A stretch of 64,000 bases of DNA from Selaginella moellendorffii (taxonomy: Eukaryota; Plantae; Lycopodiophyta). Location: assembly GCF_000143415.4 (NCBI RefSeq), contig NW_003314268.1, positions 55,291 to 119,290 of the forward strand. The letters run 5' to 3'. Positions 41,065 to 54,611 of this stretch are shown piece by piece. The notes beneath the pieces were generated by a model. It searched no databases, was not told where the DNA came from, and saw only the letters and a list, made by a program, of their open reading frames with translations. The position numbers were made by a program, and so were the translations under genes. Position 1 is the stretch's first letter; each line of letters starts with the position of its first letter.

Positions 41065-44000
41065 ATAGTGTATATGGTTTTCACCCTTTATCCTATAGTG
41101 ATTTATTATAAGAGTGGAACATAAACCCTCTATGAGCCACATGCCACATGCTATGTGCCACATACCATAGGTCCTAAGGGCAGGAGAGTGGAACCTAAAT
41201 TTCAGAGCCTTGGGCTATTGAATGAAGGTATGGAGCCAAACTAGCCAAGAAGCAAAAGAACTGGAGCACGGAGTGACTTCTGAGCATTCAACCCAAGGAG
41301 CGAAGGAACAAGAGCATAGAGTGGCTTAGAACAGTTCTAGAGCATCCAGCATCCCAATGCCAAAACTAGCATGCAAAACGGAGCCAAACAGATTCAGGTG
41401 TTATTTCAGCATATCGGTGGCCTAATATAAAGATATGGGTACTCCACTAGCTAGCATGGTGTGAAACTTAGGCTTAAACCTAAGCTAAACGCAAAACAAG
41501 GATAAGTACACAAGCAGAAATTAGACTATATCCTAAGTTGGTCAACCATACCCAACCTACCCACTTGTAAGTGACTAAATTTTCCATTCTACTTTAGTCA
41601 CTTAACCACACTTCCGACCACTTGGAGGAGTCTCACTCACAACCTTTGTAAATCTTATTTTGGACTTAGGGATTTGCTAGCCCCAAGAATGACATCCATG
41701 CCACTCAACCATTGCACTTGGTCCAAGTGCTCCACGTGTTTGATCCCATGACCGACACCCCAAGGCACCACCGACATATCAGCTTGTTATGCTAAAGCCA
41801 TGCCTATTCACCTTGGTCACACTGGTGGTCTAATACCACCTACATCACAGCCCTGTCTTTCAAAGACTGGGCCATCTGTCCATGAGTGATCATCCTAGAT
41901 CCACTCCTTAGCATCCTTAGGATGCTTACAAATATAAAGAATAACCTTCCTTAATATCCCTTTTTCGTTTGCCACCAAATCCCTTTCCATCCACAGCTGT
42001 GTTTGCCAATATTGCCATTGAGTCAGGGCTTAAAGGCCCAACCACTACATCCCATTAACCTCTGGAACTTCCTTGCCACATGATTGCATCCTTGGTCACC
42101 ACACAAGAGGATTGCTCCTCTTCCTTTCCACAGTCTGGGCTTTTGGGATAACATTTCGGAACACCGTGGCCCTACGTGAGCCTCATGGGTACTCTCCCCA
42201 CCTTCCACCTTTGGGTGCTCTAGCCATGGGCTTAGAGCGAGGTTCTGTTAAGCCATGCCATGTATCCAAGTAGGTAGTGCCACCCACACTTGGACTGGGA
42301 GCATCAACCATTTGATCTCCCAGTGGAACTAGAGTTGGTTCTTGAACACTTCACCAAGTTACCCTGCTTGTCAATTCGTATTCACTATAGCTTTGGACTT
42401 CCCAGTGGTTATCCCATCACCCAACACTTGGGTACAACCTTCCTAGGACAAACTAACCTTTCCTGGCCAAACTAGCTCCACTGGAGTCCTTCCCCTACTA
42501 TACTTTTGGAGCTCACCAAACCCCTAGGGTCTGGGAGACGAACACTTTGGGCTTTCACCCCCTCAGACTTGAACTCGGACTCGGACTCAGACTCGAACTC
42601 GGGCTTGGGCTTAGTCTCGGCCTTGGCCTCAGTCTTGGTCTCGGTCCCGGTCTTGGTCTCGGTCTCGGTCCCAGTCTCGGTCTCAATCTCAACTTCAGAC
42701 TCTATCTCGGGTCCTTCTCATACTCCTTTTCTAAAGACTCACTTATTGCTTGCTTTGTGTTTGTTCCTCAAGCCCTTCGTTGGGAGTTCCACTCCTGCTC
42801 TCAACCTTTCAAACTTTTAGTCCAAACATGTTACGTTTGTTTGGCTTTTGCTTCGGCCACTACCACGTGGCACCCTTTCGGCTCCACTTTGGGACCTAGG
42901 GATTTTGTGTCTCACACTAGTATCCCTACACATGCTTTGGGCTTTTAACTCAGCCACCCTTAGTATCAAGAGTTAATATTTGGGATAAGCTTGAAACTTA
43001 CTAAATATGAAATGTCCTTAAATTGCAAATTTGGATATGGGACCAACACCATTGTGTTTAGAAGAATCTCTACATTTTGTAGATATACCAAATGAGCAAA
43101 TCTAGAAAGTTTTCATAAATAGCAATTAAAATTGAAATGAGACTAACACAAGATGCATGATAGCGAGGGTGTTTAGTAGACATGGTAAGCTATCATCTTG
43201 TGAATATTAAGGGACCAAACTCAATATTGTAGGGGTTCCCAACATTAGCAAGTGCAAATCAACAAATGAGTTTCTATAACTAAGTCAAGTATGCTTGATT
43301 AATAGCACTTAAGAATTCTATCCTTATGCTCATTTAGTCAAGTACACACGCAAAGACCAATTTTTTAACTAGTTTAGGCAGAGACTGAAAAAAGGACCAA
43401 CAATACCAACCTCTTGCCATCGTAGAAATAAAGAAAGAATATCTGAAAGGACTAGCCAACAGGTAACTTTCGATACCCACAATCACATTCACAACACTCT
43501 GCCCCTCCTTAGGGAAGATCAACATCCTCGTCGATGCATACTCTAGTCTAGAACACCGCCAAGGAAACAACTCTAGAAAAAATTCATGGTGGTCATACTA
43601 TGTGAAAAATGCACCAACTTAAATGAGTTAGGGCAACCTCTTTGTCTAACACGAATATGCTATCAACTCAGACACCTTCCAACTGTTGCCGACAAAGAAA
43701 TGACCAACGGAGTTAGCCACCCTTGTTGCTCTGTGTGTCACCCAACTTACAAAAGTGTGATATGTTGTTGCCTGCAAAGACATAGAGAGAGAAGCCAAAA
43801 GCCCTAACCCTCTTGAACAAAGAAACTAAACCTATCGGTAAGGTTTAGATAAACTATTGTAAATAGGTAATTAGAGTTGTTTATATGATCATGCCCTTCT
43901 ATGGAATAAAGAACATTGATAAAGAGGCGGATGATGTGATCAATTGACAATAGCTACCCTATTACTAGAGATTTCACCATACACACGAAGTGCCAAAGCT

Positions 44001-47000
44001 AGTCTACCTATACTAGCCTAAGATTAATAAATAGACAATATCAAAGTCATAAACAATGATATCTTAGAGACTTAATTATCTGTGAATAAATCTTAGATTA
44101 AAACACAAAAGTATTCTAAATAAGTTATCATATGATATCATAGGATTAACCATTCAACAAAATTCAATAGCAAGTAGATCACCAAGAAAACTTAATGATA
44201 AAATTTAACTATCAAAAACTGCAGATAGTATGCCAAACAACTTATGAAAGACAACTACAAGAACACAAAGTATCATCTATTAGCAAGAAAAATGCTTACA
44301 AATGTATCACCCAAACAAAATAATATTTAACTTATTAGAACCTACCATAGCAATAATCAATTGAATAGAATGAATGTCGCAAAGCAAACAAACACTCATT
44401 CATGACAACTATCGCACTAGCCAATCTAAATAAATCTTAATCAACTATATAAAGGAACTCAAATTGCTTAAGCAAGCGTTAGTAACATCTTATCGATATC
44501 TCAAACCCAAGAGACCAATTCAGAGCAAACCATAAAGAACATGTGGTAATGCGAAAAAACCATAAACTATTAAAAAAAATAACTAACTATCATAAAAAAT
44601 CATCAATCATTCTATTAATAGAAATATGCATAATCATTGTTGAAGAAAGAATCCACCATCCCAAAAAATGGAAAATCATTCTATATCAATAATACTCAAG
44701 AAAAACTTTTGATAAAGATAATCAACTATCCTAGATAACAGTCAATCATCACCAATTATTAGCAAATGCGAAAACTAACTTCAATATCGAAGCTAATAAG
44801 CTAAAATGCTTTCCCAACAACTTTTAACAAATAGAACGATGAACATGAAACTCAAGAAACTAAAAGTTCAAAGAAGTTTATAGTCAAGTCTCACATAATA
44901 ATGATCATATGAACTAACTTCAATGCCAAAGAAGAAATCATAGTACAACCCATAACATCCTCTTCAACACATCCATAAGTTAAATTTTATAATGCCAAAG
45001 TTAATGAAGAGCATATTTGCATCAATCCAAAATCCAAGCATAATGAAGTTATTTTCAACAAGTGATTATCAAACAATCCTTAATGAATCCATCTTTAAGA
45101 AGAATTATTAATGATCGATATATCTTCAACTCAAATCTAACAAAGAACTGAAACTTTCAATATCAATCACTAACTCTTCCTCTCTTAAAGTTAGCATAGT
45201 TTGTGACTAAATCACTTTTCAAGGAAAAGCCAAAGCTCAACCTTTACTAAACAATCTAGTTTAGAATACAACTAACTCAACTTATTATTCAGCTCGTTTG
45301 AATGCTAATACAGTTGCTAACTAGCAAATGCATGAATGTTAACAACATAAGCTACAACTAAATCATCAACACTATTTTTATCGAGACTAATAAAACTTAA
45401 TATTAATCCTACGGAGAGACACTTCATTTCACTTAAACCTCAACATCAACAATGTCAACAATAGAACATCACTTTAATGCCATCAATATTAGAGCAAAGC
45501 TAAAAGAAAGCAAGAGAAAATCACCACTCAAAACTCCCTAGAAACCAAGCTAATCGAAGTTGAAGATACCTTAAACTAAATGCAACCAAATGATATTAGC
45601 AAAAATAGAATCAACATGCCAACAAAGAAAAACTATACAAGCCCATGATACGATCCTTTGCAGCACTATCTAATAAAGTAAGCCCATCACCACTAAATTA
45701 TCATCAAGCGAAGCAAGTGTAAAAAGTCCTCGACGAAGTTTACAAGCAATCACTAGTTGTAAAGCAACTAACAACCACTTGCAAAGCAACTAACAACCAC
45801 TTTTCAACTTGCCTTCATAAAACCCAAATACTAAACTCACGTCATTGAGCTATATACTTGTCCAACATGAACGTAATACCCTAGGTATGAGATAAAGGTT
45901 TATAAACAAACACAAACTAAATGACCACTCGAATCCAACTCAATTGCAATAAGTTCACTAACACATATAACCAATAGCTCTAAGCATGCCTTAAAGAGGC
46001 TAGCTATGCATGATCAACACTCAATTAAAACTCAAGTGAAGACTATGAGATAAACTCATATTAGTATACAACCTCCTTATAGACAAATCTATAATACGGG
46101 TACTAACACTTCAACCATAAATAACTAAGTTGGACATCACCATCCTCAACTAAGGTACAAAGCTATTAAGAACAAGCTAGGATCAGAGAGAGTTCACGAT
46201 TTTTATAAAGTTTAACGAAATGCAAGGTGCAACTTGCCACCAAACATAACATTACAAAAAAAAGCACAAAAGTCATCTTTCTAGAAAAACACAACAACCA
46301 CTTTTATACACCAATTCCAAACTTTATTTTAACTCAATTACCTTAGCCCCAAAGAGTTAGCATCCCTTTCAGACCACACCATACAAACTACCTACTAAGG
46401 TTTAAGTCAACCAAAGTCAACTCTAACCCTTTCACTAGTTTGTATTTGCTTACAAAAGCAAAATATTTTTCAAGTAAAATGATCAATAGATCAGCCATTG
46501 GAAAAGCTTAAGAAAATTTGTGGAAAATTTTCCATCCTAGAAAAAAATTGACTCTTAGTCTAGGAATACAAACTTTCAAGACTCAAATAACTTCCTCCTA
46601 CTTACAACTTCATATAAATTCACCTTAACACAAATTCTTATGACCTAATAGCATGCTTAAGCATTGAATATCATGCCTATATTTCCAACATTCGACACAC
46701 CTAAGACTTGATCATGAAGACCATATCTTTGAATATCCATATTGCACTAATATTCTTCTTCAATCATCTTTAAGATCCGATATCAAACCAAAACACTAAC
46801 AAGAAAAATGACATAAAAAATTAAGTTCTAAAAAAAGTTCTCTATCATTTGAAATAACAATGCCACCTTTAGTAATATAAGTGCTAACAGTGTCAATGCT
46901 TCAACTTCACACTTTCTCCATCTAACAATTTACTTCAAGTGTTAACGGATAAACCATCAAGCTATAGCAAGTGAATGCTATAACCCTTTTAACACCTTAT

Positions 47001-49135
47001 GAGCACACCTCAAGGAAACAAGGTACTAACTTAAGCTTAACAGAATGAATCACTATAAAAAATCTAGTCAAAACTACTACAATGCTATTATATGCAAATA
47101 GACTAGTTTCACCATCAACAATTTTTTGGTTGATCATTGTTTAACCAAGAAACTTAATAAACACATTGCTCACAACTATATGAATATGATATAAAAATCA
47201 CAATGACTTAATCATCAATTGAGTAATACCATGAGCAACACCCATGTCACTACTATAAAGGTTTATGTGAGCATTAAGTGCCAACTTGATTCGACAAAAT
47301 GTAACATAAATGCCACACCTCACCGATAGAGATTTATAACATTAAATACCAGTAACTTTGTTCACAATATAGACAAACTTATGCCACTCTCTTTCTGACC
47401 AAACTCATAACTAATCTAACACTAAGTTATTTAAGGAGCAATAGCAAGGTTCCCTAGAGAAGAATTGAGCATTATAACCTAAGTCTTCAATAGCAAACCT
47501 AGACAAAATGGTTTAGCATTTCACTGCTATCTATAACTCACCATTTGTAAAACCATCATAACCAATATGCATCAAGGTAAAGACTCTTGATTGCATAATG
47601 TGAACATAAGCAATGAGTTAACACTTTATTATAAATCATCTCTTCTAGTAGAGAAAATGATTTACGTGTTTAATCTTTTGTCCCTAATGACTCTTTTTTC
47701 GGACTCAACTTGACTAAATCCCAAGTCTACATTAGCACTACCTTCAGTCCGGTCTAAAAGAAGTTTATAAGAGAGCATAGTAATGACTATTTGAACTAAT
47801 AGACAAATCCCTACAATCTTTATTGATTCACATATAGTCATGTCTAAGAAGGATCCACTAATACCATGCTAAATAGCTACTGACCAAACTATTTGCTACT
47901 CATAGCAAACCTAGGGAAGGTTTACTTTTATCTATGGTACATGGAACAACTTATGGAACCACCGATAGGCTAATATTAATCATGCCAACTCAAAATGTGA
48001 CATTGAGTTGCTAATGTGCCTCACTCATGAGCCCAAGCACAAATTTGTGCAAATGGAGTATCTCAATTCATCTTATAAGCCCAAGCGCAAACTCATATAA
48101 TCTAGTACAAAAGGTAACCAAATTTTATACCTAAGGAACGAATGCAAAGTCATAGCACCCAAATGTGTATCCACTCAGATCATCATTTTCATCTCTGCAT
48201 ATGCAGTAAAACTAATTGCCAAATCTCATTAGATAGTATTCGCTGAGATAAATCCTCTAATACCAAATGTCGCGCACATGGTTTTCACCTTTTATCATAG
48301 GATAACCACGAAGTGGAATATAAACCCTTTATGAGCCATGTGTTATATGCTATATACCATATACCACGTGTCCTAAGGATAGTGAAGTGGAATCTAAATT
48401 TCAAAGCCTTGGGCCACTGAATGAAGGTACGAAGCCAAACTCCCAAGCTTCCAACTAAGGAGTAAAAGAATTGAAGCATGGAGTGACTCTTGAGCATCCA
48501 GCCCAAAAAGTGAAGGAATATGAGTATGGAGCAACTTGGAACAATACTAGAGCATCTAACATCCCAATGCCAAAACCATCACGCAAAACGGAGCCAAACA
48601 AAATTTGATGCTATTTTAGCATACTAGTGGCCTAATGCAAAAATATGGGTACTCCACTAGCTAGTATGGTGTGGAACTTAGGTTTAAACCCAAGCTGGAC
48701 GCAAAATAAAGACAAGCACATAAACAAAAGCTAGACTATGCCTCAAGTTTGTCAGCCATGCCTGACTTACCCACTATCCTTACTATACATTTGGAACACC
48801 CCCCCCCCCCCGATGAACACATGTTTTGGGCTTTCACCCTCATCCACCTTTAGTACCAAGAGTTAGTACCTAAGATAAGTTTAAAACTTACTAAATATAG
48901 AATGTCCGTAGATTGCAAATTTGAACACGGGACTGTGTTCAGAACAATCTTTACATTTCATAGATATGCCATATGAGCAGATTTAGACACTTTCCATAAA
49001 TAGTAATTGAGATTGGAATGAGATTAACACAAGGTGCATGATAGTGAGGGTGTTTAGTAGACACAATAAACTCTCATCTTGCGAATATTGAAGGACCAAT
49101 CTCAATATTACGAGTTCCCAACACTAGCAAGTTCC
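41065..49135 (-). mobile_element. Nested decayed LTR retrotransposon on the minus strand with LTRs of about 1 kb
   Basis: Direct repeats 41065-41565 plus 42925-43255 versus 48268-49135; minus-strand PBS TTTGGTATTAGAG next to 48268; PPT-like AAGGAGGGGCAGAG followed by TGTTG at about 43510-43492; internal region has no intact ORF. Confidence 0.75.
41566..42915. mobile_element. About 1.35-kb insertion (probable solo LTR of a second family) inside the nested element's LTR; contains a degenerate hexamer array at 42565-42710
   Basis: Begins TGTAAG, ends ..CA; absent from the sister LTR at about 48775; inverted homologues at 49178-50050 and 50625-51540. Confidence 0.65.
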
Positions 49136-49177
49136 ACCTATTATATTGTCGTGAATATGACGATAGTGTTGTGACAT

Positions 49178-51540
49178 GTGAAAGTGTTGACACTAAATTT
49201 GAGACCGAGTCTGAGTCTGAGTTTGAGTCCAAGATTGAGTCCTAAATTGAGTTTGAGACTGAGTCCAATATTGAGTCCAAAACTAAGTCAGAGATTGTGT
49301 TTGAGATTGAGTCTAAGATCAACTCCAAAATCAAATTTGAGACTAAGTCTAAGATCAAATTTGAAATGGAATCCAAAACTAAGTCCAAGATGGAGACTAA
49401 GACTGAGATCGAGACTAAGACCAAAACCGAAGTCCAAAACCAAGTCCAAGACTAAGTTTGAATTTGAGGGTGAAAGTTCAAAGCGATTGTCTCTTAGACC
49501 CTAGGGGTTTTGGTAAGTCCTTGTATGATAGTAGAGGGAGGACTCCAAGGGAATTAGTATGGCCAGAGAAAGCTAATGTGAAGGCTATGCCTATGTGTTA
49601 CGTGATGATATAAAAACTAAAAAGTTCAATGCTAAAGTGAATATAAATAGAAAAATAGAATAATTTAGTGAAGTATTCAATATCCAACTCTATCTCCTAT
49701 AGAAGATTGAATGGTTGATTTTCCCAATCTAATTGTGGGTGGCATTACTTACTTGGATACCCTAAGTGGCTCATTGGAACCTTGCTCTAGTTACATAGCT
49801 AAGGCACATTATGGTGGAAGATGGGAGGAGTAACTATAAAGCTTGTGTTAGATTGTAGTGTTTTGAAATATTGTCTAAAAGTTCCTAACTATAGGAAAGA
49901 AAAGGAATGGTCCTCTTACTTAGTAATTAAGGGTATAATTACATAGTGAGGCAATCCTAAAAGTTAATAGGACTTAGTGGAAGGGCCTTTAGACTTTGAC
50001 CCAATGGTAATATTGATAAACATTGCTATGGACAGAGAAAAACTTAAAGGGGATTTGTAACGTATATGGTTTTCACCCTTTATTCTATGGTGATTTACTA
50101 TAGGATAACTACATAGTAGAACCCAAAACCCTTGGCCACATATCTAAAGGTAGTGGAGTAAAACTCAATTTTTAGATACTTGGGCCACTGAACAAAGGGA
50201 TAAAGCCAAACTCCGGAGTATAGAACTAAGGAGTGAAGGAAGTAGAGCATGGAATGACTCTTGAATGTACAGCTTAAGGAGCAAAGACAAAGAAGTACAG
50301 AGGACAAAATCATAGAGGGACAAAAGCACAAAGCGACTTGGAACAATCTTAGAGCATCTAGCATCCCAATGCCAAAACTAACACACAAAACAAAACCAAA
50401 CAAAGTTTAGGGTGGCCTAACGCAAAGATATGAGTACTCCACTAGCTAGCATGGTATAGAGCTTGGGCTTAGACCTAAACTAGATATAAAATAAAGACAG
50501 ATATACAAGCGAGAGCTAAACTATATCTTACACTCATAAGAATTTACTAAAACCCTCTAGGGCTTGGGAAGTGATTGCTTTAGGCTTTCACCTTAGACTC
50601 AATTTTGGTGTCAATCTCATAATAAGAGGACTCTAGAGGAACCAATGTGGCTAAAGAAATTTAGTGTGACAAAGGAAGGCTATCCCATACAATGGGTGAT
50701 AATATGCTTAAAGCTAAAGTGAACATAAATGGAAAAATGGAGTGACTTAATAAAGTGCTCAAAAGCTAATTCTAACTCCTTTGAAAGATCAGATAATTGA
50801 TATTCCCAATCTAAATGTGGGTGGCACTACCTATTTGGATACCTTATGTAGCTCATTGGACCATACTTTAGCCACATGGCTAGGCCACCATTTTGGCAAA
50901 AGGTGGAGAGTATCCATAAGGCTTACATTAAGATGCGATGTTTCAAAATGTCATCTCAAAACTTTTAACAACAGAAAGAAAATAGAGTGGCCTTTTTATT
51001 TGGTAACTAAATGTATAGTTACGTGGTGTATGAAGTCTAAAAGTTAATAAGACTTAATAATCAAGCTTTCAAACCCAAACCTAGTGGTAGTGTTGGCAAG
51101 CAATATTGTGAATGAAGAGAGATTTGGTGAGGATTGATAAAGGGATATTATGGGATGTTGTTATTTATGTCTTAAGGCATCTTAGAGTTCTTAAGGAGTG
51201 GTCATAAAATGACCACTCATAAATGGATGGTCTAATCTTAGAAAGATTGGGACCATGACATAAGTGATCTTAGACTACTAAGGAAATAATGAGGATAGAT
51301 ATACTTAACATAAGAGGTTGGTACTTCAGTGGTACCTTCAAGTGTCTAAAATGGGACTAAATTTGTGGAACACTTAGTTCATGTGCAAAGTTGGCATAGC
51401 CTTGAGATCACTTATGTGGACTAGCAAGTACATTAAATTAGAATAAATATTTATGGAGGTTGTGAATGAAACTCATCCAAATGGTCTAAGATGTGGTTAA
51501 ATGACCAATATAAAATAGGAAATTTAGTTGGTTTTATATC
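49178..51540. mobile_element. Cluster of LTR fragments: two inverted copies of the 41566-42915 family flanking another copy (50057-50620) of the 48268 LTR; hexamer array at 49200-49470
   Basis: 49465-50050 and 50625-51530 match the reverse complement of 41570-42570; TGTAACGTATATGGTTTTCACCC at about 50057 matches TGTCGCGCACATGGTTTTCACC at 48268. Confidence 0.7.
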
Positions 51541-52600
51541 ATTTGATGTATACAACTTTATTTGGTGCTAAATTTATAATATTCCCTCTTATGTTGTAGA
51601 AAGACAATTGGAGTCAATTATAATTTTTCATTTATTTGAGTTAATGGCATTTGATTTGATAAAGCCATTTTTATGATCAATTGCTAGTAATGAGTACATT
51701 ATTATTGTTTTCAACTATTTAATTTGTTGGGTAGAAGTTGGTGCTCTTACTAGTGTGTCTATGACTGTTGTTAAATATTTCCTCTTTAATTAACTAGTGT
51801 TTTAACATTCTTTCTTGAAGAAGTTCTCTTGGATAATGTCACGTATTTATAGCCTAGGCATTTTATATTTGGACATCTCAGTAGGAAATACACTATACTT
51901 TCACGAGTGTTTATCATCCACTAACAAATTATTTGGTGGAACTATTTATTGGGAACTTTAAGAAGATGATCATGAAGTACAAAACTTTCAGCATTCAAAT
52001 TAAGATGGTTATCTACCATCTCTTCAGTATGTGTATCAAAGGGGTGTGGAGTTTTGTTAGTGCTTCACCATATAAACTCTTATATGGTCATAATCATATA
52101 TTGCTAATAGAGTTTAATTTACCTTCATGACTACCATGAGGTGCCGATACTAGATTTTATGATTAATATCTGATAAGCATTATTTTACTAGTTAAAGTAG
52201 AGTTTGCTTAACATTTATGCCACATACAAATGCATTATCATTTACCCTTAGTTTGTTTTCCCAATTTTATGGTGTATAGTTTACTCCTTGCCCTTTAGAA
52301 TAGATTATATATCAAGTATTGTGGCAAGTTGCATCATAGGTTTATAAAGTTTAATGTGACATTCAACAAACTAATGCTCTAGAAATTATATATATACAAC
52401 AACTAAAATGTTTCATAAAAAAGGATTAGAAATAAATTACACCCTTTATAGATCCATTGGCGCTTCTTTCTAATATTCCTTAAGATCCCAATCCATCAAT
52501 ATAAGAATCATTATCAAGAGGAAATCTACTTGATTTTATATATAAACTAGGGTTTTTTGGATAATCATATATATATATATATATGTTAAATCACCACAAG
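51540..52600 (+). mobile_element. Right part of the split host gypsy element (decayed integrase and 3' LTR remnant)
   Basis: Collinear with 16250-17310; TATATATAAACTAGGGTTTTTTGG at about 52537 matches the 175-bp LTR core. Confidence 0.82.
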
Positions 52601-52648
52601 TGCAAGGCAATACTTTTAACAAGCATAACATACAAGTGGCCCCCAAAG

Positions 52649-53092
52649 TGTAAGTTTTTAAATTGAGACTTCTTAGGAGGTCATTTAAGCTAACACTACT
52701 CAAACCCAAAGATATTTAACTTTAAATATTTTAACATCTTTAACTAATTAAAAAGAGAATGTACTTTTATTCATAAGCCCTTTCTCTTTATATTTGAACT
52801 ACAATGGATTATCTCTTAAGTTGTTTGAGGGCATGAATGGAAGTTAAGAGGGCTCTCAACTTGACACCCTATGTTTCAAGTCTAACCCAACCAAAGCAAA
52901 TTAAAATGCTAGATATCAATATCAATGATTCTTCTAGCTAATTAATAGAGTCAAATTTGATACCTCTTTAATCCTTTGCTAATGGCACTTTTGACCGAAA
53001 AAAAAAAGTGCATTTTTATTCATAAGCACTTTCCCTTTATATTTTGAACTATAATAGATCATTTCTCAAATTGTTCTCTTTAGTTGCTTACA
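52649..53092 (-). mobile_element. Second, decayed and partly deleted copy of the Cassandra-like TRIM
   Basis: Reverse complement of the 40313-40844 LTR sequence occurs twice (TTTTATTCATAAGC..TATATTTGAAC at about 52765 and 53015); TGTAAG..CTTACA ends; flanks CAAAG and CAAAA. Confidence 0.75.
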
Positions 53093-53918
53093 CAAAATAA
53101 TGCAATGCCGAGTTTATAACATCTATAAAGCAACACTCTTGTGGATGGCACTTGTAGTGGAGCATAGAGTGGTGAGGTTACCACATGCTCCAAGCATCTG
53201 CATAGATGGCACTTAAAGAGAAATCTTACAGAAATACATTAATAATGGCTAACTATCAAAATGTTTGAGGTTATTTCTCCTGATTCATATTTAGGTTTTT
53301 TTTAATGAGATGTAAGAAAATCAGAATGTTGCAGCTTATAGTAAAACAATATAGCTTTAGAAATCATAAAATTTAGAAACTTTTGACCTAATATTTTAAA
53401 GTTCAATCTTTTTTATAATTTGACAAACTCATGGGCTCAATTCAACTTTAGACCATCCCCTATGGAGCAAATATTTAGGCACCCCTGAATCATGGAGAAC
53501 ACCAGCCAACAGCCTACCAAGAGCTTGCTTCACAGGACTGTTTATAAGTTATTGAATCCCCAAGTGAAGAATATGCATTTGGTTTGATTTGTTTCCAGTT
53601 TAGCATAATTACACTACATACCAAAGATGAGTTGAAAAGGTTGACTTGGCACCACTTATAACAATTAAAACTCAAGTTCAAAATTGCCCATAGAATTCAT
53701 ATTGAAATAAGACAAAAATAAGATCTTTATTTTTTAGAATGGTTGTTGCTCAACAAAAACCATATTGAAAGAAGTGAAAATTGGATTCATCCGCAGCAGA
53801 GAGATCAATCCAAATGAATCGAAATCATCGCCAGCTTTCATATGCTATCAAAAGGTATTCCAGGGGAGAAGTTGAAGGTTGAAATGTTAAATTTTCTTTG
53901 ACCAACACAAGAGTTCGG

Positions 53919-54611
53919 ATGGAAATTGTGACAAAAATAACATCTTTATTTTCTAGAAGGGTTGTTTCTCACCGAAAGGCTTCCGAAGTTTCCATTGCTG
54001 GGTCACGACCAAGGCCATGTAACACTCTCATCACCCCCCTCGACAAAACCGGCAGCTTGAAGGGGAATGACTTTGACTTCATGGAAGAAGTAGGAAGGAT
54101 TACAGAAACTAATGCTAGCCCCGGCAGAGAAGCATTGAGGCTTGCCGAACTGCTGATTACGCCTTTCACTTTTGTGGCTTCTACATGCCTCCAATCGGGA
54201 ATCTCCCTCATCAAAGAAGATGCAACGCCAGTGGAAAAGGGGCGCTGCTTCCACTTCCTTCTCGCTGCAGCCATCTCAGTAATTGGATTGACATGGTTTC
54301 TAATAGCGATCGGTGAGAACGAACAAGGAAACGCTTCTGAGGTCAAAAAGCTCATGATCTCTATTTGGTTGATCTTCTTTACGAGCTTGTCCGTGATGAT
54401 GCAACCACTCTTTTTCAGCGTCCTCTACATTGTCTACGACGTTAGCAACACGATCGCAACGTGGTCAACCGTGGGTGCGTCTTTACTTCTTGTAATTCTA
54501 GTCTTCGTTAATTCCTTGAAAAGGTTGTTCCAATGGATTCCACTGAGAGGAACTATGTTCGTCATCATCTTTCTTGCTAATGCGTATGGGTACAGTCTAT
54601 ACAAAAAGTGA
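53919..54611 (+). CDS. Intronless hypothetical multi-pass membrane protein (230 aa)
   Basis: Open frame from ATG 53919; 4-5 hydrophobic segments (FLLAAAISVIGLTWFLIAI, LMISIWLIFFTSLSVMM, VGASLLLVILVFV, MFVIIFLANAY); a related fragment lies at 55630-55750. Confidence 0.6.
   Translation: MEIVTKITSLFSRRVVSHRKASEVSIAGSRPRPCNTLITPLDKTGSLKGNDFDFMEEVGRITETNASPGREALRLAELLITPFTFVASTCLQSGISLIKEDATPVEKGRCFHFLLAAAISVIGLTWFLIAIGENEQGNASEVKKLMISIWLIFFTSLSVMMQPLFFSVLYIVYDVSNTIATWSTVGASLLLVILVFVNSLKRLFQWIPLRGTMFVIIFLANAYGYSLYKK

Noticed and set aside
42506-42948. Repetitive ORFs (also 49178-49504)
   Set aside because: Translations of degenerate hexamer arrays in LTR sequence; no spacers, so not CRISPR-like either.
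48799-48811. Poly-G (minus strand) before an LTR segment, suggesting a tandem element sharing an LTR
   Set aside because: LTR similarity continues beyond it to about 49135, so the tract is internal to the LTR.
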